From: Ptychomitrium polyphyllum
Taxonomy: Eukaryota
Reading direction: 5' to 3'
Length of the DNA stretch: 64,000 bases
NCBI GenBank assembly: GCA_973851085.1
Contig: OZ316775.1
Span: forward strand, 4,092,001-4,156,000
The position numbers were made by a program, and so were the translations under genes. The notes beneath the pieces are model-generated. The model did no database searches. It saw only the letters and a program-made list of their open reading frames with translations, and was not told the origin of the DNA. This document shows positions 19,340 through 32,312 of this stretch, one piece after another. How positions within the stretch are numbered: the stretch's first letter is position 1; every line of letters starts with the position of its first letter.

Positions 19340-20634
19340 ATGGCGGCATCAGGTATATGATGGTCCTGATGCAACTGCAAACTGCACCTGTCTTCAGACA
19401 ATAGAGAACTCATTTTAGGAAGCGAAGAGTTTTTGGCGGACTCTTTGTTGGTTTGGGTGTGACAGTCATGGTTGGAGCTTGTGTGCATGCCGGTTTTCGG
19501 AATGGTTTATGGCTCCGGAGTTGCTCTTTTTTGTTGTTGGAGGGGAGCGTTTTTCTGTGTTTTCGTGAGGTCTTTTCTTACGTTGCAGGAGTGGATGGCT
19601 GTGTTCTGGTGCCTGTGCAGAATATGAGACCGTCGAGGATGACGGGTTTGTATTCAAGGTTCGCAAGAGCCGTTTGGAGGAGATAAAAGCTTCAGCGCCT
19701 CTGGCTGTGGTGGGAAGGGCGCCTCAGGACGACCCGGCTCCTGTTGGAGAGCAGTCCTTTGAGTTGGAGAAGAAAAAGAAGAGGTTGCTGACGCTCAAAG
19801 CCATGTAAGAGGGGATTCCTGCTTTATCGTTTTGGCATCCTTTCCCTTTTAGGCGCCTTCATGAAATCTTGGTTCGGAGTTCGAGGGCTCTTGATTCCTT
19901 AAAGGGAGTTTTTCTTAATCAGAGAGTGCAATTTGGGGTGTGGAAACTACGTTGCAAAAATGTTTGTAAGTTTTCTCTGGTTGTGGTCTGTTTGTGGAGC
20001 CTGTGTCTATTAAAAATGAGATGTCAGACCTTGGTTTCGAAGAATGACGAAAACTCTGCTTGTCATGTTCTCATATGTTTTCGAATATCTTTCTAAGATG
20101 GATGCAGGTATGAAGCTGAGTTGAAGGCTTGGGAGAAACTAGAAGCAGCTGCTGCAGGGTCGGTTCTCGAAGAGCCTTCCTCGAACTCCGATAAGTCACT
20201 TCCAGAGCAAGATCCCCAGGCCGAGATGTTGAAGCAACTTAAAATCGAGGTACGACATCTTTTGCAAGGTTTCCTGCTTTGATGCAACCATGACCTACTA
20301 ATGGATTGTTTCAAGTAGCCAATGCACGGATCCGAGAAGCAAACATAGCTCTAACATAATCTCCAAATGCAAACCTTGGGTAATGTTGATGTTGATGTAG
20401 GTGGAAAACGTGGAAGAGTATATCAAGCGGCTGCAGGACCATATCATTCTCGCAGAAAGTACATACAAACTATTTGTGAAGGAGTTACGAGAGGATGCCA
20501 ACTTCCGGCCAGCAGACGAGATAGTTCTTGCTCTCACAGGCCAAGGAATTACGACATCAGAGAATGGTGTCATCGCCACTCAAGGATCACTTGGGTCGTC
20601 CGTATCACTGAATAGCTCCGCAAACGGCGACTAA
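19340..20634 (+). CDS. DSN1: Probable kinetochore Mis12-complex subunit DSN1-like protein; exons 19340-19352, 19621-19804, 20108-20249, 20401-20634
   Basis: Spliced translation MAASEYETVEDDGFVFKVRKSR...KKKRLLTLKAMYEAELKAWEKL...VENVEEYIKRLQ...PADEIVLAL. EDDGFVF resembles the Dsn1 N-terminal motif as I recall it, followed by a coiled coil. All junctions are GT-AG and in frame. Confidence 0.6.
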
Positions 20635-21834
20635 GGCGGTCCATGTAGCGTCTTTTGGTCGTGCATCTTCCCCCTCATTGCTCCTGGTGATTTTGAAGCA
20701 GGTGGTGCCTAGAACCTTAGGATTAAACCGATCCTCTTCAGATGGGTGGACGAGTCCCATTCCAGAGCTCGACATAGGTATTGGACCTTTCGATACCTGG
20801 GGCCCATCTCTAGTGAGTTCAGAAGAAGCCTTCTGCTCTGAGAGGCGCCGTTGATCATCATGCTAGAAACTCAACCGACTTGATTGCAGGCGGTGAGTTG
20901 AAAACGAAGGGACGATTTCAACCGGAGGTGAAACGAAATGCCTAGGACTTGTTACCTGGAGCTCAATACTTAGAACTAAAAAATGTACAATAGGTGAAGG
21001 TGTTTGAGTAGAAAAACTGTTGAACTCCTGTGATCTGAAGATTTACGTCAGGTTATTCATTAATAAAGCTTTGTAGGGCCACGCCCTCTCTTCTAAAACT
21101 TTGATTTCTTGTTTCACTGTTTTAGCCTCTACTTCCAGCTTCCAGAAGCAAAGACTTGGTCTTTTGAATGCAGTCACATGAAATCTTTCGACGCAGCCGT
21201 TGCCGTGACTGTAAGCTGCCAGTTGGTGGACTTTGAATGCTTCCAATCTTTCCCACAAACTAAGGATTCATTGAAATCCAACCACCCTCACTTTTCTGCT
21301 CTTCCATAGACCTGTCGTGGCCAAACTTCCTCTAGCAAACGCTCTCCTCGGTCAGGTTTACAAACTTAATATCAATTCTTAGAGACTGTGTGTCCCAAAA
21401 ACTGAAACCAAAATATGTGGATTGTGGTCTGGAGGTTGAAGACTGGGACGCACCCTGAGGAACAATCACCGTAACCATCATGCAAGCATTACTCACAGAT
21501 GCACACCGAAAGAGAACTTCAAGAGCGGATCAAATTTCTCACCCATTACTGTGTTGCAGCGTTCATCCTCTTCGTTGCTGCATTTTTCATCCTCGCGCGT
21601 CGTGTTTGAGTCTCTGTCTGTGTGAAATGTAAGTTATGCCATGTTGTGACGTCTGTGTTTTGCGTTTTGTATGCAAGCCATGTGATGGCCGAAGATTCGG
21701 TCCGCAACACCACTTATGAGTTAAAGGCAACCATATTCGCCCTTGGGGTGAGCCAGCTGAAGTGGGTTCGGGAGAGAGTAGCGGATCTGCAGTATGTGAG
21801 AGTGGAAGTGGCTGCTGTTGCTGCGAGGGCGAGC

Positions 21835-23427
21835 ATGGGGTTCACGCCGTGGGAGCAGCTGCGGTGGATGCTGGGGGCACTCGTTTTCTTCCACTCGTCG
21901 GAGTTTTTGCTGGCGCTTGCGTATCACGGTCGCCGTCGCGTCAACGCTGCCTGTAAGCTCAAACCAGGGTTCAAGGTTTTGCATTTCGCTTTGAGCTGCA
22001 GAAGCGTCTCGTGTTCTCGAAAGATTCTCGCAATCGTGGGGCTCAACTTCTTCAGGCTATTTCCTTCCATTTCCTTTTTTGAACCGAGGGCTTGGTGGCG
22101 TGGATTACCGATAGAATGAAATGTGGCAAGATGCTTAAGAATGCCAATAATTTTACGAACAGTCGGATTCTATGCAGCAAGAACGCCACTACTCATTTGT
22201 TTTCTTTTCTATAAAATTTTGAAACCTAAATTGGTGTTCGATTGCTGTTGGCTGTGGTGATGTGAATCTATTCACTAGAAATGCGAGCACTATAAAAGAT
22301 TAATTTAAATATGTGGGTTCAAGTTATTCTGCAGAGACCATAAGTTGAGGTTTAGCTAGCAATTTAAAACTGGTGTGTTGTAAGATGGGTCTTTTAGGGT
22401 GTACATGGAAGGGTGGGACTTGTTGTGTAGCTCTTTTGTTGTACTGATCAGGCTACCGATAATTGCTGCAGCTACTCTCATAAGTGGTCCGTACTTAGTA
22501 GCCCTTGCGTTCTCGATGGTGGAGCATGCGCTGGAGAGCCGATTTGCCCCAGGGCTGAAGGAGCATGCATTTGTTAGCTACACGGGATTGGCCATGGTGG
22601 TGTTGGGTGAAGGGCTTCGTAAATTGGCTGTTGTGACTGCAAACAAGAGCTTCACACATGATATTAAAGTAGACAAGCGGCAAGAGCACAAGCTTATTAC
22701 ACATGGCATTTACAGGTACGTTATCATGGTTTTTTCATGTATGTTGTCTAGTACATGTTTGGACTCTGAAGTACATCCCCAGCCAAATTTTATTTCCTTG
22801 TATGAATCTTTTTTATTTTTGTTTTTATAAGTTTTTCTTTTTTCTTTTTCTTCGGTTTCGCAATTGTACATGGGTGCACCTCGAGATGATGATAACCGGT
22901 GCAGTAGTACTGTATGAGAGATATGTCGTCCTGTAAAACTGTTTGCCTCTATTCTGTGACTTGTGAGCAGTTGTGAATCTTTATATTTATTTGAAACGGG
23001 GCAGTTGTGGATTTCATTGTTGTAAATGCTGGTTTTTATAGGTTTTTCCGGCATCCCAGTTATTTGGGATTCTTTATCTGGTCGATTGGTACTCAAGTAT
23101 TACTCGTCAATCCAGTTTGTACAGTTGGCTATACCATTGTTACCTGGCGCTTTTTCGACCACCGAATACCGTATCCATACAACTGCTTGATTCTTGCATT
23201 ACCTCATATTTGATTATCCGCAGTCAGGTTAATAAAGAGTTTGGTGTCGTAATGAAGAGGTAAGACTAGAGGACTTTGTTCGGCTTAGTGACTTCTGTTC
23301 AATGGTGTATGTAGTTTTTCTTAAATTTTGGAAAAGATATGAGGAATATTTTTTACGCCGTTTTTTTGGACAAGATTATGTGGATTATACGAGCAGAGTT
23401 CCATCGGGGATGCCCTTCATCAAGTAA
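21835..23427 (+). CDS. ICMT: Protein-S-isoprenylcysteine O-methyltransferase (STE14); exons 21835-21952, 22472-22715, 23042-23170, 23337-23427
   Basis: Motifs FFHSSEFLL, LRKLAVVTANKSFTH, HKLITHGIYRFFRHPSYLGFF, RFFDHRIPYEEYFLRRFFGQDY..VPSGMPFIK*. Confidence 0.92.
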
Positions 23428-23884
23428 CTTCTGAATCAATATGTCAGGTTCTTCTCTAATCCTTCTAAATTTTTTAGAAGTTTGAGAGTATTGATTGTGT
23501 CAAATGTGGTGTATCTTTTGTTAGTCGTCAGATTTGTGCATATGTGGAGTAGTAAGTAAGGCTACTTGAAATATTGAAATAGTACAGAGGACTCCATTTC
23601 ATTCATCTCTTGATACTCCATAAGAACCACCTTTACAATGTTAGGTCTTTTATTCTTTATTTGCTCTATTTAAATATAGATAAATTAACAATGAAGATGC
23701 TTGTTGCTATGAAACAATATGCTTTGCGCCAAGTCTGAATGGCATTCGTGTTTTTTGAAATTTTTAACGAAGGAGCGTGTTTGATAGTTAAAGGGCTAAT
23801 TATTTCTAGCTTCTTGATTTGACACAGCCGGACCTGATCCTTGTTCCCATGAACTTCTCCGCTTGGGTGCCCTGGTTGGGGACC

Positions 23885-26800
23885 TCAATCAAAATGGTTT
23901 GGGAATTCATTCAACAGATGGAGGAAACCATGAGAAGATAGGATGTGTTCGGGTCTCCGTACAATGGCAGATGTTGCAGTTGTGCTGGGTGTCCATTCAA
24001 GTCGCATGGACACTCTACCACAAGGTACCCCAACAAGCCTGAACATGGCTTCAAATGCAGTCTCTTGTATTACTCGGGTTAACGTGGTGGCTGTTGACCC
24101 TAGATAGTCCTGCAGTGAAATCATAGCAAATTTAGTGAGTGGCCTTACTGTTGTTACGTTGAGATGTCGCTCAGTTCATTGTGAAAAGTTGTAAAAAAAT
24201 ACAGATTTAAAATCAAATTCTGTTATGCAAGAACTTAACATCGAGAGGTGCTAACGTTATGTAAGTTTCATATTTCAATAGGACACTGAATTTCGTGAAA
24301 TTCAGAGGATGTTTACTATTTTTCGTGGTCCGTTTTACAAACTTAGGGAGGATAGAGTAGTTAATAAGACCTGCATTAGCAATATGGTTTCAGGATAAGA
24401 AACAACCCTGCCAAAGGTGTCATCGTTCCACACTTGTAGAAGAAGCATATCTTGCCTGGCATCATCTACAACGAAATGAAAGGTTTCGTCCCAGATTGGA
24501 TTCAAGGTTCTGTGCAAAACCTGCAGCTCCAAAATATTGTGTGTTAAACACACAAAATGGCTGTTTGGCATTGATTCAAACGAAGACTGCCTCACATCCG
24601 TAAAATTTTCGTTTAAAGTCAGGATTTGAAACAAAATTAACATACAGTGGTCCTCTTCCTCACTCGTTTTTGCTTTATCATCTGGAGTTCCACATACGGA
24701 TCACTCTTGCCCTGGTAATCGCAGGGAAGGAGGTTTTCAGCCTTCAACACAGTAATCGCCAATACGCCGCTAATCAACTCCCACAACGCTCCCTTGCGAG
24801 AAAACCTTCAAAGACGAACACTGAATCAGTGAGAGGAGAGAGCGGGCAAGTCCAACATAAATAGTCATCTCACAACTTTCATTCGCAAATGAAAATGGAA
24901 AAGGTGAGACATCACGGTCTCAGGGGTGATTAACCATCATCAGGTAATAGATTAGGAAAGGTAATTCTTCACTTCTCCAGATCCAATTCAGGTGAGTATA
25001 CAGTAATGCCTGCAAGGATTTCATTATGTACCTGTCACTCAAACAAGTACTTCTTCTTCTGTGCCAACCTCCCATATCTAATCTTGAAGGAGAGTCTGTT
25101 GAAACATCTTGAAAACACTTAAGTTCTTCCTCGTCGTAACATCGATGCACTAGCTCAACATTCACCTATACGTGAGCATCAAATCAAAAGTAAGATGATC
25201 AAATTATTACTGCTGCTCCTAGATTTCTGCCAAAAGGAACATTAGGCTCAAGTTGGAACTTGAAGACGTGTCGAACTATCAGATACTTTCATGATGGAAG
25301 TTCGACAGGTTGGCATGGGTCTATTACCAGCTACAAGGTCAGCAAAACTGAGCTCTTAGATTGACTTTTCAACACTCTTATCTAAGACCTACATCTAAAT
25401 ATAGAGGATAAATCTAAAACTGGAGGCGTCCTGAACACAAAAGTGGGACGTAGATTTTCTGGAAAATTAGTTCTAGTCTACAAAAATCTTGCGTACAAAT
25501 TTAACAATGCTCTGATCGAAACATCTTCTACAGTAAGAACGGCAAGAACATGGTTTTGACCGAAGCTCAGTAGAATCACCTGTGTCACATCGGCCTCACA
25601 TTTTTAGGACCAACAATGATTGATCTCATACGATAATGAATCATAACGGTTACCTTTCCTCTGTATTTGCTCGACTGCAAGCTGCTCATACATTGCATAT
25701 CCTTATAGACTTTAAGCCATCGCTCTGAGACTCGTCCCTCCTCAAGTGCCTGGAATTTGATACTCGGTTACAACGATTCTAGGAACTGCACTGGTAGTGT
25801 TTTGTAAAACTTTCGAAATTAAGGTGCTGAAAAAGCAGTAATTCTCACCTGCAGGTAAAATTGACAGTATCCCAACACCTGAAATTCTTGAGGAACTGCC
25901 TCATTGTACAAAACTATCACAACCTTTCCATCTTTCAAGTCATCAAACTCGAGCTCAAAGAACTCATTCCAGATCGGATTGTTCTCATGTCTCTGGAACA
26001 AACAAAACACAACAGCATCACTCAGGCAACCAGTTTCAAATAAAAATCAAAGCTTTCATAGTTAACTTCTTCCAAACATACTGATTTAGAGAACCATACG
26101 CCAAGTTTTATTTAACATTTGGGCTCTATCTCACAAAGTTACCAAAAACAGAAACCCACGATGTAAGGGTTAGGGCGTTACATGTTCCTTACTATGGTCG
26201 TGCTCCTCCTTATCTGCCCCGGAGTAGCATGGATGTACAACAGAGCAAAGGGGTCAGGGGGCTTTCCAATATCAAGCAAGTCCCTTCCCTGCACCAACTT
26301 TATGTCCAATATTCCAACAGGTGGATTTCCATTCGCGCCCGGTGATGCGTAGATAACCGCATTTCGTCGTGGATACAAATGACGCTGCAATCTGGTAAGT
26401 ACAAGGAGGGGTTATCGTCAACATGAAGAATAGTATTTTGGTTCTTTAATAGGCTTTTGAGCAATAAGTAGATAATACAAAAGTTCCAAAGTTCAATCAG
26501 CCAGTAGCAATTACAAATGTATAGCAATTAAACCTAGTAAAGTCACCATCTGAAGGTACTGGAATTATTTTAACACATTTCCGCATAGGCCAGCTCAAGG
26601 AGTCTAATACTGCAGAGCGTATCATTTCCTGTTATACGTATCATTCCCAGTGCGTCAAAGGAGATACATGAAGCATTTGAAAAGACATACACCTTTCATA
26701 GTCTCCTTGAAGATCATCAATGCGTTTGCCAGACCAAACAATACCCTGAGGAAATCAAATTCTCAGCATTCTCAACCAAATCATACCTGGAGCTTCTCGG

Positions 26801-29033
26801 CCACACCAGGAACACTTGAGATGTCTCCTCCAATAACCTTGACGGTGAAGTCAAATTTTCTCTGGTCCAAGCATGAAGACAAATCAGCTCAACTGAGATG
26901 CAAACGTACATACGTCAATGCCCTTAAGAGATTCTTAACATTGTACCGTCTATTTTTAGATTTCGGAGAACCCGTAAGACACTCTGCATTACATTCTTGT
27001 TGTGCTACTTCAATGGTGAAACAAGGATTAAGAGAATAGCTGCAGTGAGCATTCAGATATTCTGAAAGAAGAGCCCCCTGCATGGCAACTATGAAGACAG
27101 ACTAGATATGGTCAAAAATTCCAGAAAGGATATACCAGGAAACTGCGGCATAAGAAACCTCAGAAGCTGAATATATTTCACATGCCTGCTTACTGATTGA
27201 GTAGGAGACAGCTCCAAATCCAGGTAGCTCGTCAACCAAAGGCGTAAAAATGAAGCGAAAGACAAGCCTCATGTGTATATTTTTAACCTACCACGAAAGC
27301 GCTTACGACGTCAGTAGCTGGAACCCTGCATTGCCATTCAAGGTGGAAACCATAACAGTATAAAGTGGAAATACCAAATCCAAACCACGATACAAATCAA
27401 CTGCATACATAGGAGTAAGGAACAAAAGGATGATACCTGTACAGGGAAAGAAACACCCATTATCGATGACACTCCTAATACGCAGCTTCCGTTGCCCAAC
27501 CACCGTGTCTCCACATCCATTGAGATCGCTTTTGGCTCCAAATCCAACATTCGAAGCCCTGAAGTTAGCAACAAGTGACGTTTGAACTGAATAATTCTCC
27601 GGGCGTCAGACATCCTTGCATTCAATTTTCATGTTCTAAAAGTTAAACCAGGAAATCTGAGAATGCTCGGTTTCTTATCTTGTAAGTGGCTATCTGAACG
27701 ATGCTTTGCGTCAATTATAAGTACGAAATTGATCCTTTCAACACACGAGAGCAAACAACAGTCTGCCAATGAGAGACTGTAATTACTGAGAGTTGAAGCC
27801 AAACCTTCGAAGTGAGGGGCAATTGTGCCTAGGGTAAGCTCCTGGAAAACAACTGAATTGGCAAATGCAGGCTTGTACGTTTCAAGATAGGGCGCCCAAT
27901 TCTCCATTAACATCCTGGAGTAAGCCTGCCTCATCACTTTCGCAGACAACATCAAATGACCTTCAAGTACAAGCTAAACACTGAATGGAAGAGTTGTAAC
28001 TAAGTTCAATGCACGACAGGTCAAATTTCTTTTCACTTTCAAGAATTGAGCACGTTAACCGTGACCAGAAACCTACTGCGTTTCAGATTAAAAGTTAATG
28101 ACTACACTTGTTTTGAAATAAACAGAAAATTAAAACATAAACTCGTAAACGCAGAAATATGATTCATTTAAAAGTTTTCACCTCGTTGAAATAGGGCCAT
28201 ATCTTTTTCAGCAATATATTAATCCAATTAATCTGCCAAATCATTGTCAATCAACAGGATTAGCTAAGCACAAGGCACGGAATTAACACTATGAAGAGCT
28301 GCCAAAACTAGAGACATCAAGAGAATATCGATATTACAATGAGGTTGCAGGTCGATGAGTTTGCAACTTAGTTCAAATAAACCGAAAGGGAGATCAATAA
28401 GAAATTAGAGTAAGCTCAGTTTTTAAAGTCGTCAAACACTCCTTCAAACACTCTAGTTCTTGACACGAGGTTCATGTTAAACACAAACTCATTTCTAGAG
28501 TGTTGTCGAAGGTGAAGGTACAAGCAACCTTCTCGAGATCGCCGGAAACAATCCATCGAGGAAGTATTGCTTTAGGAAACAGGAATCGGAAGTCATCCTT
28601 CTTCATTTCAGATATCAAAAAGATGAGAGCTGCCTGTTTACATGGCAGTCACATCAACTTCAGAAACATGAAACAAATGAATCTAAGAGAAATAGTTTTA
28701 CAGAATGCCATGCAATCTGTCGATTCCTCGAGAACGCATAAAAGTAGTTGCGATGGTCAATTGGCGACAACAAACCTTCATTCGCCGTTCACGGGATCGT
28801 GTGCTTTGGCAATAACTAAATGCCACAATCATCCCCAAGCCCGCAATGAACCCAGGAGCAATGCCCAATAGCAACGCCGCAGATGTGCTCCCAGCCAGGA
28901 ATGCAGGAACCGTTCCAACGAGAAACACAAACACTGCATCCCGTCCAAATTTCTCCCCAGGCGTCATGTGTATCTGTAACGCATTCTTAAAATCATCCCA
29001 CATTTGTCGAAGATACCGTCCAACATCTTCCAT
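23885..29033 (-). CDS. Synaptotagmin-like (SYT4/5-type) protein: N-terminal TM, SMP domain, two C2 domains
   Basis: TM segment GFIAGLGMIVAFSY. SMP: NWINILLKKIWPYFNE, FQELTLGTIAPHFEG, FTPLVDELPGFGAV, LSWPMR. C2: PVGILDIKLVQGRDL..PDPFA, NPIWNEFF, TLNPIWDETFHFVVDD. Confidence 0.85.
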
Positions 29034-29919
29034 GGAGCAAACCCTAATGCCGATTGGTCGCCGAAGATGCGAGAATCACCGACATGCAAAGCATCCAGCA
29101 ACTTCATCTCCAATCGAATTCCGATCCTCTCAAACCCAGCCCGCAACCAAAAACTAGGTGATGAATACCGATATCTGATGGATTACCCTCCGACTCACTC
29201 AACTCATCACAACTTACTGTAAACTCATTCAAAACAACACAAGCCTCCAGTGAATCTGCATTCCTTCGCTGTTATCAGATGCACTCTCATATTCACACCA
29301 AGTCAATATCCTCCCAGAAGTTTCAGAACCGGACAAGTAAGCGGATTCCCGAGGACACCCACATGAAATAACAGCATGAGACGACTAGTTGGCCTGCAGT
29401 GTTGTGATGTTGATGGTTCCAATAATGCTCTCTTTCAAAACCAATCACAACTTGCAAGTGAATGCAGTTGCAAGTGATGATTGATTAAACCAATCTCGGA
29501 AACGGAACTCAAAATCCTATGAGTCATCGGTATCGTTGGGCTGATCGACATACTTGGTGGATTAATTAATCTTCAAAAACTCCACAAAACATTCTTCAGG
29601 CATGGGTGGATGAATAGTCTCTCAGGATGAACATGAACGCATTCTTTCAATCACAAACCTAACTTTTGGCTTTCAGAAAATAGAGGGTTGACTCTCCACA
29701 GCACCAACAAAAGAATGGATATTCTGTTTTCGATGGAGATACCTTTCTCGATTCCTTTGCTCTGCTACAATTCTTTGAAGCATCGTCTCCAAAGCGAGAT
29801 TGTGACCAACTTTGCAAGCCACTCTACATGTCAAGCTCTAAGTCCACATCTAATCTACGAAGTGCTTGATCATCAATTAACCGCAATTGAGACTGGTATC
29901 GAATTGGTACCAGTTGGCG

Positions 29920-32312
29920 ATGGTGGCTACCGACGAAGGTAAGGAAGCAGAGCGACGGCAGATGCATACGATGGGGATGGGCATGCCCATGGCGGTGCCG
30001 GTGTTAGTGCTGTTGATTATCTCCTTCGGGCATGGAGTTCAAGGGAGAGCTTTGCAGAATGATTGCAAGGTGTGGTTGGTGCAGTCGGTGCCCACCGACA
30101 TGCCGAAGCTCCAGCAGGTGGCAGGGGTGTTGAGCACGGGCGACGTGCTGCGGTGGTTGGCGGGGAACGCCACAGAGGAGGGGCTGGACCTCACAGCTCA
30201 ATACTGGGAGCTGCAGGCAGAACCAGGCAATCCGCAGTCGGGGGACTATGGCTTCTCGGAGCAGGAGATGGAGCGCCTTGGCGCGCCTGCGGGTAAGGGT
30301 GTGTACGAGTCGTTGCTGGCCGCCGCGGACCGAGGCATCCCCATCCGGTGATTGCTGATTACCATGCTCGGTTATGACTTGATTGCAGCTGCTAGTTTCG
30401 TCATCGTGCGTTGCTATTGAGAATTTGGAGGTCAGGTCTTGTGCAGCGTAGCTCCCTCATGTGCAGATTCTTGATACAATTTGAAAATCACTGCTCAGTT
30501 TTGGTTTAGCTAGCTGTGTGAGACAGAGATTTCTGTCCAGGGGTTGTGTGTCAGTCCGGACTAGGCATCGGTCCTCCTTGCTGATCAACGGGAGAGTTCC
30601 ATTGTGCGAGCTTCAAGGTTCAGTGTTTGGGGTGAGCATGATCTTCTTTATTGAATGCAGCTGAGGGTTGATTGTTGCATTGTAGAATTCTACAGCATGC
30701 TGGATTTTCTCCAAGTTTTGATGCGGAGTCGACAGCCATTGCCGCATGGAGGCCGAATGTGCAAAATCGGACTCTTCTGTTGACCGAGTGGTGGGGCTCA
30801 GGAATCATCCACAGCAAGCTCTGGATGGCCAACAAGGAGGATGCCTACCTAGGATCTGCAAACAACGACTGGAAATCTCTCACACAGGTAAGTTCAATCA
30901 TAATTGGGCACTTCGTTTCAAATTGTGTGTGGAATCTGCAAATCGAAGTCATACTGCGGAAGACCTAACCTACAAGTGTGTTGATTCACGCGCAGGTGAA
31001 GGAAGTAGGAGTTTATTTCAAGAGTTGTCCCAAGGTTGTGAAGCTGCTGGAAGGATACTTCAACAATTTCTGGACTCTCACAGATTTAAATGCATCAGAG
31101 CATACCTCGGTGGTTTGGGATCAACAGTGGCAGCTGAGTCGCAGGGTGCCATGTTGGTCTCACTTTGTGGAATCCAAGGATCACTGCCTGTAAGTACGTC
31201 TCATCCTTTTTCGACATCCAACTACAATTCGCAAGTTCACATCGTTTGGCTAGGTGTAAATGATGTGTATAAACCATCTTCTGAGTGTGCAGATCGCCAT
31301 TTTCGAAATCTACTACAACATCACATGTGCAGGGTTATCCTTATTTGTCTGTTCCTCCCTTCTTCCCCTTGAGCTTCTACACACCAGGCTGGAAGAGCGG
31401 AAGCGAAGAGGGTGTTTCACTAGCTTACATTTCGGTTTCGCCTCCAGAGGTGAGCTCGTTATTGAGATTCGTTGAAATATTGTGCTGTAATAACTATAGC
31501 AGGTTTTGGTAATATAATTGTATCCTAAATGGGTACATGTGCTTTTCCTTTCAGATTGCTTCGGGCCACTCCTACCAGATTGATGAGCAGGGATGGCTGG
31601 ACACAATTCTTTCTGTACCCGTTAATGGGACAGTGCGGATCAACACCATGGATTGGCTTGGACAGTCACAATTTTCGGATGTCGATGTTTTCTGGCCTGC
31701 CTTCTCCGATGCCATCTCAAAGGTTTCAAACCTCACCCGACTCTTTTCCATCTAACATTCAGTCAAGAAAGCGTTTGCACGATAAACTCAGCACCACCTT
31801 CTCCACGTTGAGTAAACTCCTGTTTGCTCTACGACTTTGAATCTGAACTCCTCATGTCGCAGGTGGTATTCTCAAAGCATGCTACAGTCAAAGTTTTGGT
31901 TGCGCACTGGGCTACTACACTGACAGGAACAGAGAAGTACCTGCTATATCTTAACTACACCAATTCTCTATGCAAGTCATCAGTGTACAACAGCTGCAAG
32001 GGCAAAGTTCAGATCAAGAACTACGAGGTTCCCGGCTGGGATGCAACTGGCCCTGCAGTGAATGCGACCACAGGAGGACCAACAGGAAATAAGTACCCAG
32101 GCTTCACAAGAGTGAACCATGCCAAGTTTGCTGTTAGCGATGTGAGGGCCAACATCGGCACAAGCAATCTTGTGTGGGACTACTTTTACTCCACGGCTGG
32201 TATAAGCTTCGGTACTTACGATCTTAGAATCGTCTCCCAGCTTCAAGAAATCTTCGATGCTGACTGGATGTCTCCTTATGCAATTCCTTTGTCATATTCC
32301 TCCTCTCTCTAG
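29920..32312 (+). CDS. Signal-peptide/anchor phospholipase D of the PLD3/PLD4/PLDZ class; start at 29920 or a nearby in-frame ATG such as 29962
   Basis: Hydrophobic N-terminal segment then CKVWLVQSVPTDM. First motif GIIHSKLWMAN..YLGSANNDWKSLTQVKEVG; second motif RVNHAKFAVSD..IGTSNLVWDYF; C-terminal IFDADWMSPYA. Confidence 0.88.

Noticed and set aside
29443..29485. Short inverted repeat between the divergent synaptotagmin and PLD genes
   Set aside because: Only ~15-bp imperfect arms; compatible with chance.
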